From a virus (Duplodnaviria; Heunggongvirae; Uroviricota; Caudoviricetes), in the IMG/VR virus record IMGVR_UViG_3300037789_000070, positions 74,576 through 138,575 of that record: a stretch of 64,000 nt of DNA. One strand, written 5' to 3'. How positions within the stretch are numbered: the first letter of the stretch is position 1; every line of letters begins with the position of its first letter. Of this stretch, positions 58,049 through 64,000 are shown in pieces. The notes below the pieces were generated by a model that ran no database searches, was not told the origin of the DNA, and was given only the letters and a program-made list of their open reading frames with translations. Position numbers and translations under genes: made by a program.

Positions 58049-59185
58049 ATGACTGAAAAACTTTATGATAAGGCCGTATTCATTGGCCGTTTCCAGCCCG
58101 CACATAAGGGCCACTTCCACGTAATCAAGAAAGCTGCTGAACGTCTCAAGGACGGTGGCGATCTTATTGTTCTTGTTGGTAGCGCTAATCGCTCCAAGAG
58201 CATTCGCAACCCCCTCAATGCTGAACAGCGTATTTCTCTTCTATGCGAGGGGTTGGTTGATGTGGGGTTGCTTAACAAACAGCATAACGATTCAGATTCC
58301 ACCATTATTCATACAATGTATGATAATAAGGAATTCACTATCCATTTGCTGCCGCTGGATGACGATCCTTATAACCTCAACATGTGGATTGAAAATGTTC
58401 AGCGAATTGTCTCGAACGTTTCTATAAAGGACATCACAGGCACAAATTCCGATGAAGTTGCTCTGGTTGGTCATTCAAAGGACCACACCAGTTTCTACCT
58501 CAAGATGTTTCCTCAGTGGGATTCTGTCGAAATCGATAATTACGAGGGTGTCAGTTCCACAGACCTTCGGGAAGGTATTTTTGAAAACCGTCTCGAAGTC
58601 CTAGACCAGACAACTCCTATGATCAAGAACATCATTTTGAATGAGTTCGAAGAGTTTGATGACATTCGTAAAGAAGCAGAATTCGTCAAGGCATATAAGA
58701 AAAGCTGGGCAAACTCGCCATACGAACCTATCTTCTCCACGGTTGATGCCGTAATTGTTCAGGCTGGCCATGTTCTTTTGATTGAACGTGGGGACTTTCC
58801 GGGCAAGGGTCAGTTGGCTCTACCGGGCGGCTACGTTGATCCTCATGAATTCATTCAAGACGCGATGGTTCGTGAAGTGTATGAAGAAACCCGTCTTGAC
58901 ATTCCTAAGCGGGTATTTCGCTCCTACATCAAGGGTGAGCCGGTCGTATTTGATGACCCACATCGTTCAGTTCGTGGTCGAACCATCACTCATGCGTTTC
59001 TTGTTGATATTTCGGATAACGTCTCCTACGGCGCGCATGAAATCAAAATGACTTCAATTCGGGGTGGTGATGATGCTGCTTCTGCAAGTTGGGTACCTCT
59101 TGGCAAGATTCGTGCTGAAAACATGTTTGAAGATCATTATTTCATCATTCGTGAAATGCTTCGTCGGAACGGAGGTCTGAAATGA
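58049..59185 (+). CDS. nadM: Bifunctional NMN adenylyltransferase / Nudix ADP-ribose hydrolase
   Basis: 'FIGRFQPAHKGH', 'SSTDLR', Nudix box 'PGGYVD..E....AMVREVYEET'. Confidence 0.92.
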   Translation: MTEKLYDKAVFIGRFQPAHKGHFHVIKKAAERLKDGGDLIVLVGSANRSKSIRNPLNAEQRISLLCEGLVDVGLLNKQHNDSDSTIIHTMYDNKEFTIHLLPLDDDPYNLNMWIENVQRIVSNVSIKDITGTNSDEVALVGHSKDHTSFYLKMFPQWDSVEIDNYEGVSSTDLREGIFENRLEVLDQTTPMIKNIILNEFEEFDDIRKEAEFVKAYKKSWANSPYEPIFSTVDAVIVQAGHVLLIERGDFPGKGQLALPGGYVDPHEFIQDAMVREVYEETRLDIPKRVFRSYIKGEPVVFDDPHRSVRGRTITHAFLVDISDNVSYGAHEIKMTSIRGGDDAASASWVPLGKIRAENMFEDHYFIIREMLRRNGGLK

Positions 59186-59547
59186 GTAAGACAATCGAAG
59201 AAATCGCAGAAATTGTAAATCGCTGTTCATATCCCGGCTTCGAGCTTTTGGTCAAGACAAGCCGTAATGGAATGATCTACCTACAGGTATATTGTCCTGA
59301 TGGTGTATGCAGTGTTACTGGCGAGCCTATGCCTTGGAAGGGACGCAAGTGGTTTATTTCGGAACATTCTTGTCGGAATGAAATTGTCGGAACTGCCTTC
59401 AAGGCTGTAATGGGTGCGATGGAACATGAAATTCGGGAAAACTTCAAATATAAAGATGTTCCCATTTTTGATCCACATCTTGACCCGGACCTTCTTGTAG
59501 AACTTAGGAACCGGCCCAATGCACTAAATGTCCGAGAAGGACAATAA
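59182..59547 (+). CDS. Conserved phage hypothetical protein
   Basis: 'GRKWFISEH...E.V.TAFKA....EHE.RE.F.Y'. Confidence 0.75.
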   Translation: MSKTIEEIAEIVNRCSYPGFELLVKTSRNGMIYLQVYCPDGVCSVTGEPMPWKGRKWFISEHSCRNEIVGTAFKAVMGAMEHEIRENFKYKDVPIFDPHLDPDLLVELRNRPNALNVREGQ

Positions 59548-59674
59548 AAGCTTGAACCTGATTTTGTCTTAAGTTATAACCCCGATAATATCCTGTCGGA
59601 ATAGAAAATAGGATAGCAACCCGAACCTTAAACGGAACGTTTTTGGTTCAAGTATCAAACGGAAGGAACTTCTG

Positions 59675-61072
59675 ATGCTTAAATATAATCCAATTCTGGA
59701 CCTAGCCGATTCGTATAAACTGTCGCATTTTGCACAGTACCCTAAGGACACCACCAAAGTTTACAGCTACATTGAATCGCGTGGTGGTGAAAACGCAGAT
59801 ACTATTTTCTTCGGCCTACAGGCATTCATTCAGGAATACCTGACCCGCCCCGTCACTACGGCTCATATTGAAGAGGCTGAAATCGCAGCTAAACTTCACG
59901 GAGTGCCTTTTTACAAAGAAGGTTGGGAACTTCTCGTCAAGAAGTACAACGGCTTCATGCCGGTTCGTATTCGGGCAGTACCAGAAGGGACTCTGGTTCC
60001 CACCAAGAACATTCTGGTAGACGTGATGAACACTGATCCAGATTTCTATTGGCTCACCAGCTACATCGAAACCGCCCTTCTTCGTGCCGTGTGGTATCCT
60101 ACCACTGTCGCTACCCGTAACTTCCACATCAAGAAGGTGATCAAGGCGGCTCTCCACTATACCGCAGACACCGAGGACAAGCTTCCAGTCATGCTTAATG
60201 ACTTTGGTGCTCGTGGTGCAAGCTCGCTTGAGACCGCCCGTCTTGGTGGTATGGGACACTTGGTCAATTTTGCTGGTACTGACAATCTTGCCGCTGTGAT
60301 GGCCTGCCGTGAGTATTACGGTGAAGAAATGGCCGGTGTCTCGATCCCGGCAGCAGAACATTCGACTATGACTAGCTGGCAGCGTGATGGCGAAGTTGCA
60401 GCATATGGAAATATGGTCGATCAGTTCGCTGACAATGGAATTCTGGCGGTTGTTTCGGATAGCTATGATATCTGGAATGCTGTTGAGAATATCTGGGGCG
60501 ACGAACTTCTTGAGAAGGTCAAGAACAGCGGCGCAACGGTTGTTGTCCGTCCCGACTCGGGTGATCCGATCACCACTCCTATCGAAGTGATCGAAAAGCT
60601 CATGGCTAAGGTCGGATACACGACCAACAGCAAGGGCTTCCGTGTTCTTCCCGACTATTTCCGTGTTATTCAGGGCGATGGTATTGGCCCTAACGAAATC
60701 ACTGAAATTCTCGATGGAATGACCCGCCGCAATCTTTCGGCTGATAACATTGCCTTCGGGATGGGTGGCGGAATGCTGCAGAAGCTGGACCGCGACACTC
60801 AGAAGTTCGCAATGAAGTGTTCGGCCATCAAGGCGGACGGTAAGTGGATCGATGTCTATAAGGACCCGATTACTGATCCGGGTAAGCAGTCGAAGCGTGG
60901 TCGGATGACCCTGTATCGGGATGGTGATCGGATTTTCACTAATAGGACAGATAAGCCCAAGGGTTGGGTTGACACCTGTGTTGAAATGATGGAAACTGTG
61001 TACGAATGTGGCAAGGTAACGCGTTATGAAACCCTTGCTGAAATTCGAGCACGAGTTGACGCCAACCTCTGA
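59675..61072 (+). CDS. nadV: Nicotinamide phosphoribosyltransferase (NAMPT)
   Basis: 'DSYKLSH..QYP', 'DFGARG', 'IPAAEHS', 'VRPDSGDP', 'IQGDG'. Confidence 0.95.
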   Translation: MLKYNPILDLADSYKLSHFAQYPKDTTKVYSYIESRGGENADTIFFGLQAFIQEYLTRPVTTAHIEEAEIAAKLHGVPFYKEGWELLVKKYNGFMPVRIRAVPEGTLVPTKNILVDVMNTDPDFYWLTSYIETALLRAVWYPTTVATRNFHIKKVIKAALHYTADTEDKLPVMLNDFGARGASSLETARLGGMGHLVNFAGTDNLAAVMACREYYGEEMAGVSIPAAEHSTMTSWQRDGEVAAYGNMVDQFADNGILAVVSDSYDIWNAVENIWGDELLEKVKNSGATVVVRPDSGDPITTPIEVIEKLMAKVGYTTNSKGFRVLPDYFRVIQGDGIGPNEITEILDGMTRRNLSADNIAFGMGGGMLQKLDRDTQKFAMKCSAIKADGKWIDVYKDPITDPGKQSKRGRMTLYRDGDRIFTNRTDKPKGWVDTCVEMMETVYECGKVTRYETLAEIRARVDANL

Positions 61073-61363
61073 TACAACAACCATAAAGGTGATTAAACGG
61101 TGGCGTTGATAAAGCGTCACCGTTTTTATTTGGATTTTCAAATGTTGACAGAATTTGTGATCGTTTTGGGGCTGTGGATTACCTTAGGCTTCCTTGGTTT
61201 TCTTTTAGTAATATTGCACTATAGAAAAACCGAAAGCTATAGGACCGCCAAAGGGAAAGAAAGAAAAGCTGTTTATTTTCAGATATTTATTTTATCATTG
61301 ATTTTTGGTCCTATTATGCTATTGTCATATCTATCGGATGAACGCAGAAACTGGAAATGATTC

Positions 61364-62065
61364 ATGACCATTATTGAAAAAATTCGCAAGCTGATGCTCA
61401 AGGCAGAAAGCGGTGCAACTGAACAGGAAGCCATGGCTTTGCTGAATAAGGCATATGAGCTTATGGAAAAGCACAACATTGACATGGACGATGTTGAAGA
61501 TGAAGAGCAGAACCTTGGTATTCTGGCCAATGAAGAAGTTTTTCACAGTGATTGGCGAACTTCTATTTGGCTGACCGTCTCCAAACTTTTCTTCTGTGAC
61601 CATCGTTATGTTGACCGCTATCACAAGTCGGCAACCAGCAAGCGCTATCGTCCTTCGCGTGTTCATCTGGTAACAGGAACTCAAGCAAACGCCATTATGG
61701 TGGCCAACTATTCCAAATACATCATCAAAACCATCATCAGGCTTGCGAGGAAGGCCGCTGATGAGCATGGTGGCGACTTGGAGTATTCCCGGTCCTTTAT
61801 TGATGCTTGCTCTATGCGGGTTCTAGATCGTCTTGAGGAGATGTATCAGGACAAACGTGAGAATGAATATCTCAAACTGATCTATGAACAGGCTGAAACT
61901 GTCAACTCTATGTATGCCGATGAAATGTTGAAGAAGAAGAGTAAGAGTCTTATTCTGAACGCAGATCTTGACGGTAAGGGTAGTCGGGACGGTTTTGCTG
62001 CTGGTGATACGGTAAATCTTGATCAGCAGGTAGGTGGGTCTGATAATAATGCTAAGATTGCATAA
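61364..62065 (+). CDS. DUF2786-containing protein
   Basis: 'IIEKIRKLMLKAE.GATEQEA.ALL.KA.ELM.KHNI'. Confidence 0.8.
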   Translation: MTIIEKIRKLMLKAESGATEQEAMALLNKAYELMEKHNIDMDDVEDEEQNLGILANEEVFHSDWRTSIWLTVSKLFFCDHRYVDRYHKSATSKRYRPSRVHLVTGTQANAIMVANYSKYIIKTIIRLARKAADEHGGDLEYSRSFIDACSMRVLDRLEEMYQDKRENEYLKLIYEQAETVNSMYADEMLKKKSKSLILNADLDGKGSRDGFAAGDTVNLDQQVGGSDNNAKIA

Positions 62066-62780
62066 TATACATTTTCCTGAACATAGTATAGACTCTAATC
62101 ATGACATTTTTGACCTATGTATTATTCATAGGGATGGATATAAACGTCTTGTAGTAGAAGTTAAGGAAGATACCTTTAATATCAATCTTCCCTTGATGTT
62201 TATCATTTCGAAAATAGGAATGGGTTCGAATGTTAAAACGTCTTTTTTCTATAAAGGATATGAACCTAAATCCTTTATGATTAACAGCACATATGATGAG
62301 GCATTAGAGGCAATTAGCAAATATGTTTCTAAGTACTGTTCTTTTAAAAAACATATTCTACCCGAAGAAATTTTAAGTAATAGTGGACGATTACTCCTTC
62401 ATACAAGTTATGATAGACTCATAATAACAGATAGCTTACAATATACTGCCATTTCTATTAGACATTCGATACATGCTAAGAAAGGAGTATTAAAACCTTC
62501 ATTCGGTGGTATTACTTCTCCAACTCACCTACTTTCATTTAAACGAACGCCTTTTGAGGACTATGATCCGTGCAGTGAAGAAATAGTAAATTTCATGAAT
62601 TGTATGAGGGATGAAAATAAAGTTCTTTTTAAACTTGATCTAAAGTTTGGAAAGGATTTATTTAGAGAACGTTGTTTTTTAGTAGATGATGGATATGGTT
62701 ACTGTCAGTTTGAAAAGGGTTCCGCCGAAGAAAAGACGTTAGGCTTGATGGACGATAATTTTGTTAAGTGGAAAGTATAA
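62049..62780 (+). CDS. Hypothetical protein
   Basis: Long ORF. Confidence 0.65.
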   Translation: MLRLHNIHFPEHSIDSNHDIFDLCIIHRDGYKRLVVEVKEDTFNINLPLMFIISKIGMGSNVKTSFFYKGYEPKSFMINSTYDEALEAISKYVSKYCSFKKHILPEEILSNSGRLLLHTSYDRLIITDSLQYTAISIRHSIHAKKGVLKPSFGGITSPTHLLSFKRTPFEDYDPCSEEIVNFMNCMRDENKVLFKLDLKFGKDLFRERCFLVDDGYGYCQFEKGSAEEKTLGLMDDNFVKWKV

Positions 62781-63250
62781 TGTCAAGAGAGGACTTTTTA
62801 AAAGAGTTCAAAAGAAAATGCACTTTCATCAGTCATTATGATCATGCAGTTTTCGGTAATGGAAAACAAATTTCCATGATGCAACACATAGCAAAGAATG
62901 CGATAGATGAGACTTTGGTGGTCAGAAAAAAAGATATTCTAGTTCATGAAAGTCAGCCATATTCAACAGGTATCCATTCATTGATTGACTTTTCGAGATC
63001 AACGAATTTGCCTGTGTATGAGGGCCTTAGATATGATGGGACCGAATTTACGACGACCTTCTTCCTACCTTCTTTAACAAGGGAGGGTACAAAAATAACT
63101 GACGTTAAAAAGTTTCTAAAGCCTGATGATCAAGAGCAGTTCGTCGTTTATTTGGGCATTCCTATATTCTTTTCAGAAATAGACGTTTCAGAGCTAAAAT
63201 TTAACGGACTGAATAAGTCGATGTTTAGTAGATTTTCAAATAAAAGATGA
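62780..63250 (+). CDS. Hypothetical protein
   Basis: Coupled ORF. Confidence 0.65.
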   Translation: MSREDFLKEFKRKCTFISHYDHAVFGNGKQISMMQHIAKNAIDETLVVRKKDILVHESQPYSTGIHSLIDFSRSTNLPVYEGLRYDGTEFTTTFFLPSLTREGTKITDVKKFLKPDDQEQFVVYLGIPIFFSEIDVSELKFNGLNKSMFSRFSNKR

Positions 63251-64000
63251 AAACCTATTTAGAATACTTTATTGAAGGGTTAATAGACATCAAAAACGAA
63301 TATTGTTTTGATGTTGATGATCTATGGGATGTTAAAAAGTCTATTAAAGGCCTTTTAATGGAAGATAGAGATTTATTATCTGAGGATTTTCTTACGAAAG
63401 AGGTTAAATTTGCTCTATTTCCAAAAGTAAAATTTCCAAAAGAAAGACAAGGCCTTTTTTTATCGATCACTTTGGAGACAGATGACACTCAAAAAATAGT
63501 TATATCAGATGGGAGGGTTTACTTTAACCATCGCACCAAAAGTCTTCATCATGGAGATAGCAGTCTGAAGTGTTTCGAATCATCACTGGACAATTATAAA
63601 AAAGCACTTTCTTTTTTGAGAGAAATTCTTAATGAGAGGAAAAAGGAGATTGATGGTACAGGGAATAATACATTAGAAAATCTTTCCCGCTTGATTGAGA
63701 ATAGTAAATGTTTAGAATTATTCTTTCATAAAGACCGAAACGAATACAACATCAAAAACAAAAACAAAAACAAAAACAAAAAGTATGCTTCTCTCCATGT
63801 TTCAAAGTCTGCCTTCACACTACATGGCAATATATTGACTTTTCGTTTATTCCCCCAAGACGACACTACGTCTATTACGGATGAAACAATTTTTGAATAC
63901 ACTGTTAGTAATCTTTGGGACAACGCCGTAAAAAAGTATAGCCCAACGATATATTCAATCATGCTCAAGGACATTAATTGGTTTATTGATTTTCTTGATG
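63247..64000 (+). CDS. Hypothetical protein running off the window end; contains an (AAAAAC)n microsatellite encoding KN repeats
   Basis: ATGA overlap at 63247; frame appears open to the edge. Confidence 0.6.
   Translation, partial: MKTYLEYFIEGLIDIKNEYCFDVDDLWDVKKSIKGLLMEDRDLLSEDFLTKEVKFALFPKVKFPKERQGLFLSITLETDDTQKIVISDGRVYFNHRTKSLHHGDSSLKCFESSLDNYKKALSFLREILNERKKEIDGTGNNTLENLSRLIENSKCLELFFHKDRNEYNIKNKNKNKNKKYASLHVSKSAFTLHGNILTFRLFPQDDTTSITDETIFEYTVSNLWDNAVKKYSPTIYSIMLKDINWFIDFLD

Noticed and set aside
59816..61141. 441-aa minus-strand ORF
   Set aside because: Antisense shadow of NAMPT caused by biased codon usage; no protein motifs.
63752..63783. (AAAAAC)n tract as a phase-variation switch
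   Set aside because: The 6-bp unit preserves the frame and only changes KN repeat length.
1..64000. Genome-wide stop-codon reassignment
   Set aside because: TGA, TAG and TAA all end well-formed genes, with ATGA overlaps; no suppressor-anticodon tRNA was found; only the RF gene has an internal stop.

Overview
AT-rich jumbo-phage segment (T4-like late promoter motif RTAAATA, sigma70-type early promoters). The host is most likely an alphaproteobacterium, judging from a circularly permuted tmRNA and a tRNA-His with G1-U72/A73. The window opens with the end of a tail-fibre module and an MT-A70 methyltransferase. Next comes a ~47 kb translation/RNA island with about 39 tRNAs covering all 20 amino acids, a group I intron in tRNA-Leu(UAA), a GOLLD-like ~860 nt RNA, tmRNA, two Pth2 hydrolases, and NYN and cyclic-phosphate-receiver proteins. 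It ends with a hydrolase/NAD-salvage block (NadM-Nudix, NAMPT). Most notable: (1) a domain-1-less RF1-type release factor whose frame is interrupted by an in-frame UGA exactly at the RF1 Trp position, preceded by two co-varying structured repeats; (2) about ten 'tRNA-scaffolded' RNAs carrying large inserted domains; (3) homing endonucleases that appear to destroy a tRNA gene while supplying a replacement copy; (4) tRNAs with unusual anticodon/body combinations. All calls were made by eye, without database searches.
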